Below, one piece after another: positions 1 to 10,169 of a stretch of DNA of 64,000 nt. The DNA lies in contig CP170459.1 of NCBI GenBank assembly GCA_047947115.1, positions 4,672,001-4,736,000 of the forward strand. Direction: 5' to 3'. The stretch is from Verrucomicrobiota bacterium. GTDB lineage: Bacteria; Verrucomicrobiota; Verrucomicrobiia; Limisphaerales; AAA164-E04. Numbering within the stretch: position 1 is the first letter of the stretch; every line of letters starts with the position of its first letter. The notes beneath the pieces are model-generated. The model was not told the DNA's origin. It made no database searches and saw nothing but the letters and a program-made list of their open reading frames with translations. Both the position numbers and the translations under genes were made by a program.

Positions 1-197
1 TCTCAGGTGCTCTGGGCGGAGTCCACCCTGCCGAACCCGGAGATTATCAGGCACACTTTGGTGAGAATCATGTGATTGCCTTTGGGATAAAGTAACGATG
101 ATCATCCCTGCTTCGATATAGTAAAGTCATCGGAGAACATCTGCGTCATGCCGTTGATCGAGCAAGGCTGTCGGCAAGGATCAAACAACCTCACCGA

Positions 198-2231
198 CTA
201 AGCACGATCCTCCCTGCCCTCACCGGTTTCCACCACGATGGCGGATAATTCAAGCACTTGACGATCCTTGACGTTCACCTGGTAACACCGCATCTGGCAC
301 AGTCCACATCCGACACATTTATCGCCCAGAACAACCGGCGCCAACCATTCATCCATCCCTCCGTCCGCCCGTTCCGTGCGAACGCGCGTGAACTCGATGG
401 CTTGATACCCGGCGGCACGGCACTCGTCCACACACAACTGACAAGCCTCGGCCCCGACATGAGGCAAACAGGCTCCAGAATCCACAATGGCCAATCCCAT
501 TTTGGTGACTCGTTTCTCTTCCAGCGGGAGCGGCAGGATCGCCTCGGTCGGGCACACCTGCCCGCAGGCGTTGCAACTGGAATCACAACCCGCCCAGTCG
601 AGTTCGGCATAGGGGGTCCATAATCCTTCCAATCCCTGCTCGAATGCCAAGGGTTGCAGCACATGATTCGGACATACTTTGAAACATTCTCCGCATCGGA
701 TACAGATTTCCAGAAATCTGGACTCTTCCACACTACCGGGAGGACGGACGGGCTTTAAGGATTGTTGGTCATCCAAGCGAGCGCCAAACGATTTGGTCGC
801 CCACCCAGCCGAAACTCCTCCGACAACGCCGGCTACCATTCCGATCCCGGTCGCCAGAAAACCTCGACGCCCCAATGCGGTTTCGTTGGCAGGAGGAACG
901 TTGGCTAATTTCAACGCCATGCCGTCAAGGCGCGGAACAAATTGAATGGCTTCCGTCGGACACACGCCGCCGCATGTTTGACAGAGTGTGCAATCCGTCG
1001 TACGGGTGGTAAAATCAGGTTTGATCGCATCAAAAGGACAGGCGGTCACACATTTGTTGCAATGAATGCAATCAGGCGAAACCTTGCGCTCGTTCCATCG
1101 AAACACATTCGCCAATGAAAAAATGGCTCCACTGGGACAAACATAGCGACACCAGAACCGAGGTCGTAAAAATCCCAATCCCAGCACCAACAAGAAAAGA
1201 CCGATGGAAAACCAATGCCCAAGATGCATGGAAGGCACCTGATGCCACCCCAACATGAATCCTGTCTGCACCGGATCAAAGAGGTAAAGCATTCCTCGCG
1301 TCAGAACTGGAATGGCACTGACAAATCCGGATAGAAGCACACCGCACAACGCTGCTATCATCACACCGGTCAACAGGTAATACTTGAGATGCACCCACCA
1401 GCCGTTGTCGGGTATTTTCAGGTTGGAAAAACGGCTGGCGATGCCCCAGTCAAATAAATCAATCAAGGTTCCAAGAGGACACAGATACCCACAGAACCCC
1501 CTCGGAATCAGCACACAAATCGCCAGAATCAATCCGGCAAACAGCAAGGAGGAAACCCAGGATCGCGCGGCCAGAGCGGTGGACAACGCCACCAAGGGAT
1601 CCAAAACAAGAAAGGCTTCCGGAGCGATACGGGTTTTATGTTCCAGGGCCTGCGCATAATGATCAGGCCAGGTTCCGGGCAATTCTTCCGAAAGTGTCCA
1701 TGGACCAAAACTGATCATCATCCATTGAAGCACGGTAGCATCGGGGCGGCTCACGGGATTCAACACCAGAGTTCCGGTTTGGATCGTTTCGATTTGAAAC
1801 AATCCCAAGTACCCCGAATCCACATCCATGGCAGAAGCGTCCAGGACATGCCAGGCTTGCCCTTTCCGGAAACTTTCGGTGGAGAGGTCGGACACCAATG
1901 TGACCTTGCCGCTTTGTCCGTCCACTTCCTGAGGCACCCATCCCGGCACAAGCTGAGCCGGAGTTGCCCCATAGGGCCAGCAAACAGAAAAAAACAGCCA
2001 AAGAAACAAGAGAAAACACACGGTTTGAATGCCGCGTCGAACAGGTGCAGCCTCCCATGTCGCGCCCAATCGACGCAATAGACGTCTGGGTTTTCCCGCA
2101 GCACGGAATGTGGCACCCGATTTCAGCCCACCCGGCAACAGGGATCGCGACCAACGATACCACACCGGACTGACACCTGCCTTGCGCAGCCGCACGCCAT
2201 GCAAGCTCGGCAAATAATGATTCCACTTCAT
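198..2231 (-). CDS. Membrane polyferredoxin (NapH/MauN-like 4Fe-4S-binding membrane domain fused to NapG/MauM-like ferredoxin)
   Basis: TM helices with CxxxCP motifs (FCGYLCPLG, WCRYVCPSG); several CxxCxxCxxxC clusters; RPPG motif before the NapG-like domain. Confidence 0.8.
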   Translation of the reverse strand: MKWNHYLPSLHGVRLRKAGVSPVWYRWSRSLLPGGLKSGATFRAAGKPRRLLRRLGATWEAAPVRRGIQTVCFLLFLWLFFSVCWPYGATPAQLVPGWVPQEVDGQSGKVTLVSDLSTESFRKGQAWHVLDASAMDVDSGYLGLFQIETIQTGTLVLNPVSRPDATVLQWMMISFGPWTLSEELPGTWPDHYAQALEHKTRIAPEAFLVLDPLVALSTALAARSWVSSLLFAGLILAICVLIPRGFCGYLCPLGTLIDLFDWGIASRFSNLKIPDNGWWVHLKYYLLTGVMIAALCGVLLSGFVSAIPVLTRGMLYLFDPVQTGFMLGWHQVPSMHLGHWFSIGLFLLVLGLGFLRPRFWCRYVCPSGAIFSLANVFRWNERKVSPDCIHCNKCVTACPFDAIKPDFTTRTTDCTLCQTCGGVCPTEAIQFVPRLDGMALKLANVPPANETALGRRGFLATGIGMVAGVVGGVSAGWATKSFGARLDDQQSLKPVRPPGSVEESRFLEICIRCGECFKVCPNHVLQPLAFEQGLEGLWTPYAELDWAGCDSSCNACGQVCPTEAILPLPLEEKRVTKMGLAIVDSGACLPHVGAEACQLCVDECRAAGYQAIEFTRVRTERADGGMDEWLAPVVLGDKCVGCGLCQMRCYQVNVKDRQVLELSAIVVETGEGREDRA

Positions 2232-2237
2232 GCAGGC

Positions 2238-3542
2238 TTAAGGTTCCATGCCTTGGGAAAGCGCCCTTGCAGTGGCTCGAATCACGGCCTCCGAAGTTAC
2301 GGTCGCACCACTCACCGCATCCACCCCCTTGACCGATTGCCTGCTCATGATGCGTTGAAGGGTTTCTTCGACGGCATGGTAATACTGCCGGTCACTCATC
2401 GAAGTGACTTTGACCGATTCGATGGAACCAGCCTTGGCTTGTGCTTCCACGTTCACAAAGCCTGAATACCCATAACTCCGGTCCCGATACACACCTTCTT
2501 TGACCTTTGCCAAATCCAGTCGATCAAACAACCGGATGACTTCCATCGTGTCTTTGGCTCGACGGTGATTGCGTTCGATTCCTGGTTTGTGGGGGCTTTT
2601 GATCTCGACCTCCAAGGCCAGTTGATAAAACCGCGTCGCTTCTTCATATCTCCCCACATTTCGACAGGCATCACCGCTCAGCAAATGGATCTCGGATGCT
2701 TCGAACCCTTGATTCATGGCTTCTTTCGCGAGCGACAATGCACGGTCGGTTTCCCTCAAACCTCCCCAAGCCTTGATCACCGCGGGTGTCAATGGGATAT
2801 CGTTCAGCAAAACCATGGCCATATCCCTGTTACCAAGCTGGGCATAACACTCCGCCAGACGCGCAGGACTGTCCGTACTACGAAATCGCTCGTTCGTGGC
2901 GACTTTTGCCGACTCCCACCAAAAAGCCGCGCGGGCGTAATCCTGGAAGAATTCAAAAAACATGCGTCCCAGTTCTTCCCTCGCCTTGACATGCGCAATC
3001 TCCGGCAAATCCGAACGTTCCAACAAATAGGCCATGAGCTTCACACCCTGGCGGTATCTGGAAGCGTTGGTGTCGATGATGTCCCAAAGGTAATGATCAA
3101 TGTGCCGTTGATAGTTCCAAATGGGGGTGTCTGTATCCGGCCACGTTAAATCCAATGTGTCCGGATAGTCGAGCGGCGTGGATTCAAACCAATCAGGCAT
3201 GGCCGCTCCGCTTTCCCGAATCAATTCACGTAAGGCTTCTTCCGTTCGTTGCAGCGCATTGCCGTTTTCCGCCTTTTGTGTGTTGTCGCTTTGTTCAATG
3301 GATTCGATCTGTGCCCGCGGAATTTTTCGAACCAATGTGCGTGTGCCGGATTTCAATTCAATCGTTACGCTTTCATCATTTCGCTTGGTGATGTCCCCGT
3401 TCAGGATCAACCCGCTTTTCAACTTGATGGCATCTCCTCCCACGGAAACAACGGAAAACGCCATCCAAAGCGCCCCAAATACAAAATACTGTATGAATCG
3501 ATTCATGATCATGACATTGATTTCCCAAATCGCTTGACTCAA
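2238..3542 (-). CDS. Secreted TPR-like protein with C-terminal FMN-binding (flavinylation) domain
   Basis: Signal peptide; helical TPR-like middle; C-terminal GYSG..V.V...VDAVSGATVTS FMN_bind motif. Confidence 0.75.
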   Translation of the reverse strand: MSQAIWEINVMIMNRFIQYFVFGALWMAFSVVSVGGDAIKLKSGLILNGDITKRNDESVTIELKSGTRTLVRKIPRAQIESIEQSDNTQKAENGNALQRTEEALRELIRESGAAMPDWFESTPLDYPDTLDLTWPDTDTPIWNYQRHIDHYLWDIIDTNASRYRQGVKLMAYLLERSDLPEIAHVKAREELGRMFFEFFQDYARAAFWWESAKVATNERFRSTDSPARLAECYAQLGNRDMAMVLLNDIPLTPAVIKAWGGLRETDRALSLAKEAMNQGFEASEIHLLSGDACRNVGRYEEATRFYQLALEVEIKSPHKPGIERNHRRAKDTMEVIRLFDRLDLAKVKEGVYRDRSYGYSGFVNVEAQAKAGSIESVKVTSMSDRQYYHAVEETLQRIMSRQSVKGVDAVSGATVTSEAVIRATARALSQGMEP

Positions 3543-5020
3543 TCCCCGAATCTCAAAGCATACAATTCCGCATCCTTCATGCGAACTCGCAGTCGAATCG
3601 GCTGGGAACGATCCAATTCAATCACTTCTCCTTTGGCCCAACGATAAACCCGCTCTATTTCATTGCCGATCAATTCCGTCGCGTCATGCAGCGTGTATCC
3701 GGCGATGGGAACACCATTCGCATGCTCCAGTTCAACCTTGATGTAACCGGCGGCAGAGGTCGAAAAATTAAAATAAAGCCGATCACCATTCCACTGCAAA
3801 GGATGCGAAACCCATTCCCCCTCTTCATACCCTGCGGACAAACAGGACAAACCATCGAGCCGAAAACCGTAACGATGCATATGAGCGCTGGGCTGTCCAT
3901 AATCCTGATTCACAAAGAGGGACATCGAGGCGCCGCCGGTTTGCGCCAACCCAAGAGCAGGATAATTGGATCGGGAAACCCAGTTCTTTGCCCCGATGCC
4001 TGGACGGATCAATGCGGACAAGAATGTGCGGTCATATTCCAGACCACCTCTGGAGGACATCAACACGGAATCCGAGGTGTCATTGAAATACTTTGGATGC
4101 ACCTGAATCGCCTCTGCCTGTTCATCGGTGAGCACTTTACGCCCGGGCAAAAACCTTGCGGCTGTCGCCAGATAAATATGCGGCGCGCGAAAATAGGGTT
4201 GCGTCTGATTGGTGTAAAGATGGTGGCTGGGTTGCGTCGTCCGGGTGTCACTGTAGATCATCTGACCTTCTGTTTCCCAATGAGTGAAATTGCTGGACGT
4301 CGCACGAGCGATGGATCGGACCCCATTCACGGCGGAACGATAATAGAGCACGTATTTTGATTCGGCTTCCGACCAAAAGGGCACATTTTGAGAATCCAGC
4401 ACCCACCCCTCCGGTTTGAAGACCGGGGCATCCATGAGTTTCGTCCAACGAATGCCGTCTTCTGAAACAAAGGCCAACAATCCGCTGGAGGAAATCCCCG
4501 CCAAAGCTTTGTATCGCTGCCTGGAATGCGCATCGGGATGGGTGTCAATGAAGGGACAAAAGTTATGACTGGCCGGCGCTTCTCCTGTGAGGATAATGTT
4601 GTTCAATGGATGGTCCGGAAGTGGAAACAGATCCAGATCCGGTTTGATCCAGTGGACACCATCTTTGGATTCCGCATAACAAGTCACTTCCAACGAACTG
4701 CCATCACGTCCGGCATCCGGCAGCCCCCGGTAGTACATCCGGAGCAATCCCTGATCCTGAAGCACCGTGGCATATCCGCTGAAAGCGCCCTCCCAGGGCC
4801 GGTCGAACGCAAAGACCTCTCCCTCATCCACCGGATCTTTAGCTACCAGCCGCACTCCGTCCATCGATGCGATCAAGTGTCGATCCACAAAAATTTCGCG
4901 TTTGCCGGCAATGTTGTAAAGACCCTGAGCATGCAGGCACTGAAAGCCGATCAGGACAACCAGACAGAAAAAGTATCGATGCATCATCTTGTTCATTCGA
5001 TCAATGGATAATGGGTGCAC
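3539..5020 (-). CDS. Secreted glycoside-hydrolase-like beta-propeller protein (PVC-type, function uncertain)
   Basis: Signal peptide; Asp-box-like repeats (ESKDGVHW, VSEDGIRW); RLDG before a C-terminal beta domain. Confidence 0.55.
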   Translation of the reverse strand: MHPLSIDRMNKMMHRYFFCLVVLIGFQCLHAQGLYNIAGKREIFVDRHLIASMDGVRLVAKDPVDEGEVFAFDRPWEGAFSGYATVLQDQGLLRMYYRGLPDAGRDGSSLEVTCYAESKDGVHWIKPDLDLFPLPDHPLNNIILTGEAPASHNFCPFIDTHPDAHSRQRYKALAGISSSGLLAFVSEDGIRWTKLMDAPVFKPEGWVLDSQNVPFWSEAESKYVLYYRSAVNGVRSIARATSSNFTHWETEGQMIYSDTRTTQPSHHLYTNQTQPYFRAPHIYLATAARFLPGRKVLTDEQAEAIQVHPKYFNDTSDSVLMSSRGGLEYDRTFLSALIRPGIGAKNWVSRSNYPALGLAQTGGASMSLFVNQDYGQPSAHMHRYGFRLDGLSCLSAGYEEGEWVSHPLQWNGDRLYFNFSTSAAGYIKVELEHANGVPIAGYTLHDATELIGNEIERVYRWAKGEVIELDRSQPIRLRVRMKDAELYALRFGD

Positions 5021-5027
5021 TTGAATC

Positions 5028-5824
5028 CTACTCTGGCATCCCGGCCATCCAGGCGGGCCATTCCGGACGTTTGTTGTTCACATCAAATTCGCGATGCCAT
5101 TTGAGTCCCCACAATCCTTTCAACCGAACCGAACGTGCGGAACCATCCATGAAAACACTGTTCAAAAACCCGCTGTGCCGGTTCATCGCGAAACGGGCCA
5201 TTCCGTTTTCATGAGCATCTTCCTGACTTGGAGGTCGATGTTGGGCCCCCTGATCATCCGGGTGCCCGCCCCATCGCCAGCCGGCGAGAAAGAGCGGAAT
5301 GTTGGGCATTGAGTGACCCGTGATTGTATGCTTGCGCCAGTTGGGCCCCACCTCATGCCCCCATAAACTGTTCATTCCGGCCGGGATATTGTAAACCCAG
5401 TTATTGATGGCATAGCTGCTTCGAAACACCTCCTGAACATCCGTGTGCTCATTCACCACATCCCACGCCGACAAAGCTCCCCGCGCCCCTTCTTCTTCAC
5501 TTTTAAACGCCCGCGGGCATACACGGATCTTTTCCCCCCTCCCAGATAATAGGGACGCAAAGGCTCCACCCAAACCCCGGCATCGGGGTTCATGAAGTAA
5601 TCTTCATTGTCCATGGTGTAGAGGCTGAAATAAATACCCCACTGCTTCAGGTTGGAAATGCAGTGAATCGTCTTGGCCTTCATTTTTGCCTTGGACAATG
5701 CAGGCAACAACATCCCCGCCAGAATGGCAATGATCGCAATCACAACGAGCAACTCGATCAACGTAAACGCGTTGACCCGTCTGTAAGACGAACCTGACAA
5801 ACTGGCATTTGAAGGTGACGGCAT
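5028..5824 (-). CDS. Prepilin-type N-terminal cleavage/methylation protein with H-X9-DG motif; split by a 1-nt loss in a G6 run (5534-5539)
   Basis: [25 protein letters not shown] in ORF 5453..5824; [13 protein letters not shown] in ORF 5028..5573; one extra G joins them as [13 protein letters not shown]. Confidence 0.8.
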
Positions 5825-5880
5825 ACACGAACTTTACACGCCACCCGCAGCATTGACAACAGGTGAGTGAAAGCTTGCTA

Positions 5881-7791
5881 TCAAAGCAGCGCTCGGCGTT
5901 TATTGATCAACAAATTCACATCGATTTCCGCCCAATCCATAAAGGCTCCCAGTTTCAACAGCACCGCCTTCTCTTCATCGGACACCACACCATCCGCGAG
6001 GGCAATGTCTGTAATGGCTTCGAGCCATTGTTTACCAATGGAATGATCCGGGGGTTGTAACGTTTCTCCGTGACGTTTGGTCACAGCTTCAATCAGTCCC
6101 TTGGCATGACCTTCATCCAGTCCCAATTTGGAACATAGTTTCAAGATCGCTTCCTGTTCCTCTGATTTTAACAGTCCATCGGCTGCAACGATCTGAATCA
6201 CCCATTCCGTAAGATCCATGGATGACTTGACCGATTGAATTTGGCTTTCGATCTCTTCCAATGATTGACGCCAATCAAAGGCTGTTTTGGATGGGAGAGA
6301 GCAAGCATGCATCAAAATCCAATCGTGGGAGCCATCATTCAATACAGCGCCACAATACTCACACGCATGCGAAGTCACATCAGATTCTGCAGCTCCACAA
6401 CCCGGGCAATGCGCTGATTGAATGGCAGTGACAAGGTTCGTTTGAACGCCTTTCTGACGCGTCAAGACAAACAAACTTTGCTTACGACTCCAATCACGTT
6501 TGACAACCTTACCTTTTTCCTGAATCAAAATCCAATAACCCGCCCATTTGACCTGAACCAGGGCATAGTCGGCATCTTCCCGCTGAAGTACCCCGAGGCA
6601 ATCAACACTGCCCACCGCACAATCTCCATAGTAACTTCTCTTGCCATCCTTTTCCTGATCTTTGAAGCGCTTTCGATCATTTGCACAGTAAGACTCTGAA
6701 GCCATTTTCAGCAGAGGATTGATGGATGCCACACGATCGGAATGCATCTTGCGCCAGAAGATGACCGAGGTCCGATCCTCAATGTGTTGCAGGTTGAAAC
6801 CGGGATCGAGCGTTTGATACTTTTCAACCGAAGCCGGCAACAATCCTTCCACAGGAGTCCATTCGCAAGACTGGGTAATCTCGGCCAACACCCAATCATA
6901 TTCACCGCTCTTCAAGTGGGCACGACACGATGGACAGTCGCTGCTCTGATTCATGCTTACCTGAGTGTGGCAATTCGGACATTTCCCTTCGATCAAACCT
7001 GCTTGATCAGCTTGAGTTCTGGTGCCCACGCGCCGAATAAAACTCCAGTATTCGGTAAATCTCTGTTTGGATCGCGAACCTGAAAGGTATTTTCCAGAAT
7101 CCTTATCAACTCGATAATCCACGGCTGAAGCATTCACATGGACCGTAATGGTTTCAAAAAAAGCGCCGCGATGGAAATCTGCCAAGGCCGCATCATGGAT
7201 ATCAATTTTATCCATAAAGTTCCGATATCCCAGGTCGATCTGTTCTTTGATCTGAAGACTGAACCGCTCATAGATTCCATCCGACACAAAATGGCGCACA
7301 GGGCTCATGTCCTGATGTTGCCAGGCATCCTGGATAGCGAGGAAAGCCACGTTGAATCGTTCGATAAACAAATGGGCATGAAAATGCTCATCCTCCAATT
7401 GCAATTTGGATTCCAGAGCCTGGTGTCGATTCTGATCAATGAGATAAAACCAAGTTTCGCCTACCTCTATGTGAAGCAAATTCCCCTTTTGCATTTTCTC
7501 CCGAATGGCCAGAGTTCCATACAGGATGATAAAGCCCCCCATGTAACTGACAAAAATGATTCTTTCGAAGGGAGACATTTCACTCCATTGTTTCCCGCTC
7601 CCACCGGAAGAACCCCCAAAGCTGCCACCCCCGCTAAAACCGCCTCCTCCGCCACCGCCACCGCTATACCCCCCGCCTCCACCAGCACGTCCAAAGGCGT
7701 CGAAGTCCATGCAAAACAGGCTAACAAAAAGAAGCAGCAGCCCAGCCAGCCGTTTGACGGATTGTTTGGAATGATTTGAAAGAGCCTTCAT
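5881..7791 (-). CDS. Tim44-like domain membrane protein with zinc-ribbon motifs and C-terminal TerB-like domain
   Basis: Signal plus Gly-rich RAGGGGG segment, TM helix, two Tim44-like repeats each ending in CPxC...CxxC, and C-terminal AADG..E / ALADGVVSDEE TerB-like motifs. Confidence 0.7.
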   Translation of the reverse strand: MKALSNHSKQSVKRLAGLLLLFVSLFCMDFDAFGRAGGGGGYSGGGGGGGGFSGGGSFGGSSGGSGKQWSEMSPFERIIFVSYMGGFIILYGTLAIREKMQKGNLLHIEVGETWFYLIDQNRHQALESKLQLEDEHFHAHLFIERFNVAFLAIQDAWQHQDMSPVRHFVSDGIYERFSLQIKEQIDLGYRNFMDKIDIHDAALADFHRGAFFETITVHVNASAVDYRVDKDSGKYLSGSRSKQRFTEYWSFIRRVGTRTQADQAGLIEGKCPNCHTQVSMNQSSDCPSCRAHLKSGEYDWVLAEITQSCEWTPVEGLLPASVEKYQTLDPGFNLQHIEDRTSVIFWRKMHSDRVASINPLLKMASESYCANDRKRFKDQEKDGKRSYYGDCAVGSVDCLGVLQREDADYALVQVKWAGYWILIQEKGKVVKRDWSRKQSLFVLTRQKGVQTNLVTAIQSAHCPGCGAAESDVTSHACEYCGAVLNDGSHDWILMHACSLPSKTAFDWRQSLEEIESQIQSVKSSMDLTEWVIQIVAADGLLKSEEQEAILKLCSKLGLDEGHAKGLIEAVTKRHGETLQPPDHSIGKQWLEAITDIALADGVVSDEEKAVLLKLGAFMDWAEIDVNLLINKRRALL

Positions 7792-8663
7792 CTTTGAATC
7801 AGCGCAGCCAACATAAGAGCGACCGCAATCACCCCGCCCCCGTGCAAGCAGCTCAGTGCAACATTTTTACGCATTTCAATTTCGATCCGAACATCCAATC
7901 CCCCGCTTAGATAGCGTCCGATGAGATAGTAAGCCATAAACAAAACCAACAACCCCAGATCAGCAAGCAGCAGACTCAGCCCCCATTCGTGGAGCATCGA
8001 TTGTCCCCCGGCGCCAACCACACCCGCTCGAACCACGATCCCGATCGCGAGCAACAAACAACCGAAATCCACACCAACCGCCACGTTGTCGTCATACTCA
8101 ATGAGTTTGTGAACATCATATGTTTTCCACTTGCGAAAAACAAAAGCGGCCAGACAGAGCATGACCTGGCCAAGCAACCAGAAAGCCATCACATCCACTA
8201 TCTCGCGAACAAAACTTGGGCTGTAACCAATAAAGGAACCGTTAAGAATGCAACCGGTGGCCAGCGTGGAACCCGCAACACAGAACGCCACCCCAAGATT
8301 GCGGTCCTGATGAATCTCCTTACCGATTTTGAATCCATACAAAATAAACCGGTCATTGATCAGAATACTGCACCACAACAAAATCATGGATAAGAACCCT
8401 TCCATGCAGGCTTTCGTTAGTGAACGTGAAGACAAATGATCGGAATGCATCGCAAAAGAACCCGCCACAGCCAAACCTAAAGCCACCAGAAAGGATCCCA
8501 GGAAGACGACATAAGCGGGATTTCGAAAAGGATCCGCACTGTGTTTTACTGTCGAAGCAAAAGAACGATGGAACGCTTGTTTAGCGCCCACGATCAACAC
8601 AATGCCCAAGACAAAAAGAGGCAATCTCGAACTTAATTCCAATATCCAATCCAATATCATCAT
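7788..8663 (-). CDS. DUF350 family membrane protein (two repeats)
   Basis: Multi-TM with repeated EI..xN.AV motifs (KEIHQDRNLGVA, LIEYDDNVAVG, EIEMRKNVALS); stop overlaps the start of the next gene. Confidence 0.7.
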   Translation of the reverse strand: MMILDWILELSSRLPLFVLGIVLIVGAKQAFHRSFASTVKHSADPFRNPAYVVFLGSFLVALGLAVAGSFAMHSDHLSSRSLTKACMEGFLSMILLWCSILINDRFILYGFKIGKEIHQDRNLGVAFCVAGSTLATGCILNGSFIGYSPSFVREIVDVMAFWLLGQVMLCLAAFVFRKWKTYDVHKLIEYDDNVAVGVDFGCLLLAIGIVVRAGVVGAGGQSMLHEWGLSLLLADLGLLVLFMAYYLIGRYLSGGLDVRIEIEMRKNVALSCLHGGGVIAVALMLAALIQR

Positions 8664-8777
8664 GGCGGTCAGTGAATCACTCCTCGAAACAAAACAAGAA
8701 GGAAAACACAACAAACCCTGACAAAACACCCCCCAACCAACAATGAAAAAAAAGCCCCAACTTTATAAAAACCCCAG

Positions 8778-8911
8778 GTAGCCGCATTCGCCAGAATGTG
8801 GACCCAAGTAGCCGCATTCGCCAGAATGTGGACCCAAGTAGCCGCATTCGCCAGAATGTGGCCACACTTTGGCAAGCGCGGCTACAGGTAGCTCTGGGCG
8901 TCCCGCCCGGA
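8778..8911. repeat. GTAG-family REP cluster: three direct GTAGCCGCATTCGCCAGAATGTGG (30-bp period), one inverted degenerate copy and one REP of another type
   Basis: Copies at 8778-8801, 8808-8831, 8838-8861; inverted copy 8862-8885; GTAGCTCTGGGCGTCCCGCCCGGA at 8888-8911; each is GTAG plus a hairpin. Confidence 0.85.
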
Positions 8912-9021
8912 ACCCTCACAACGTCCGAACACAACAAAACCATAAAAAGGAAAACCCCAGACCAAAAAAGAACAACTTGACCACGCCCAACCAACCAGCG
9001 TAAATACCCCCCATCACAGAA

Positions 9022-9095
9022 GCGGGTGTGGTTCAATGGTAGAATGTGACCTTCCCAAGGTTGAGACGAGGGTTCGATTCCCTTCACCCGCTCCA
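9022..9095 (+). tRNA. tRNA-Gly(CCC)
   Basis: GCGGGTG/CACCCGC acceptor stem, anticodon loop TTCCCAA, GGTTCGATTCC T-arm, encoded CCA; 74 nt. Confidence 0.97.
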
Positions 9096-9105
9096 ACTAT
9101 TCACC

Positions 9106-9245
9106 ATCAATAAGTTACAACTTTCTAAACTCTCAAAAATCGCAAAGTCAGAATAAAAGTCAGAATGAATTCTGACTTTTACTGAACCTGGACATTCCAT
9201 TTCGTTGATAAACGGGCGTTTGGAAAACCAGTCAGAAAATGACTG
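9106..9245. repeat. att-end-like repeats: ATCAATAAGTTA, AAAGTCAGAAT twice direct and once inverted, CAGTCA-GAAAA-TGACTG
   Basis: AAAGTCAGAAT at 9144-9154 and 9156-9166; ATTCTGACTTT at 9169-9179; small palindrome 9229-9245. Confidence 0.55.
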
Positions 9246-9272
9246 TCGGAATAGGTGGATCACATTCCACTC

Positions 9273-9888
9273 TCAGACTTCGTCGTAGGTGGAATTGTAG
9301 ATTCCACGAAGCGTGTTGCCGTTGAAAGTCCAATAGGGTGCCGGAGCGACACTATACAAACCGTCTGTTATCAGCTTACGAGTGGCAGCAGTAATGGAAG
9401 TCTCCTCCCCTCGAAATCTGACTTTGCGGTCGGAAACCACCTCTACTGTTTCGTCCCCTTGGGTGAAGTGAAGAATTGATCCGACTGGAATACCCATTTC
9501 GGAGTAGTTCATGTTGGGTCGGCGCTGGAGCTTTTTGCTGGCTTCCCTGGAATCGATGTCCACTTTGTTGGCTTCCTCCACCACTGGGAGTGACATCCTC
9601 GACTGCCATCAGTTTAAGTAATGCAATGGCCTGATCGGGTTCGATCTGAAAGAATTCACGCTTCTGATTAATGCGATACGGACCGAAGGCTTGGTGAAAA
9701 GCACGCTCAACCACCTCCATATTTTCCACCTTTGCCGCATATGCGCATTCAAATGGAACAGGAACACCTGTGGAATAAAGCTCGTTCAGTCTTGTTTCAA
9801 CCTCTGCGCGGGAAGTTTTGCCAATCTTTACGAGACCCGGCATAGCTAGATTGATTAGAACGTAGACAATTCCGAGTTCCTGAGTCAT
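9273..9888 (-). pseudogene. GIY-YIG / T5orf172-domain nuclease, frameshifted near 9590
   Basis: GIVYVL..AMPGLVKIGKT..RLNELYSTGVP.PF and REFF motifs; the C-terminus (VEEANKVD...RRPNMNYSEMGIPVG) continues in another frame. Confidence 0.75.
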
Positions 9889-10166
9889 GACAATTGCTTT
9901 CTGTTGATATCGGTATGGAGTTGGCAGGATTGCGCCAGCATGGCTCCTTCGGCGTCGGTGTAACGCGGTTTGAATTCCCGAACCTTGGCGTCGAGCAGGT
10001 TGTCGAAGAAGTAAGAACGCTCCTTTGCTCCATCGGCTGATGGCAAATCAGGATCAAACCCGCGCCGCTGCTCAGCGTCCTCGCAAGGCACTATCATCCA
10101 GCCGACAGCGTCGGCGTATTCGAGAATCCGAACTTGGGCAGTTTTTTGCTCTCCGGGAGTAGGCAT
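9885..10166 (-). pseudogene. hsdR: 5' stub of a type I restriction subunit hsdR
   Basis: MPTPGEQKTAQVRILEYADAVGW...EQRRGFDPD...LLDAKVREF resembles the N-terminus of a type I HsdR family; only 93 aa, no helicase motifs. Confidence 0.7.
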
Positions 10167-10169
10167 GGC

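Noticed and set aside
1..197. Partial gene at the window start
   Set aside because: The frames I read close quickly and show no recognisable motif
8778..8861. CRISPR-like direct repeats
   Set aside because: Linkers are 6 bp and identical, only three units, no cas genes; fits GTAG REPs
8677..9096. 139-aa minus-strand ORF with repeats
   Set aside because: It is the antisense of tRNA-Gly and the REP array
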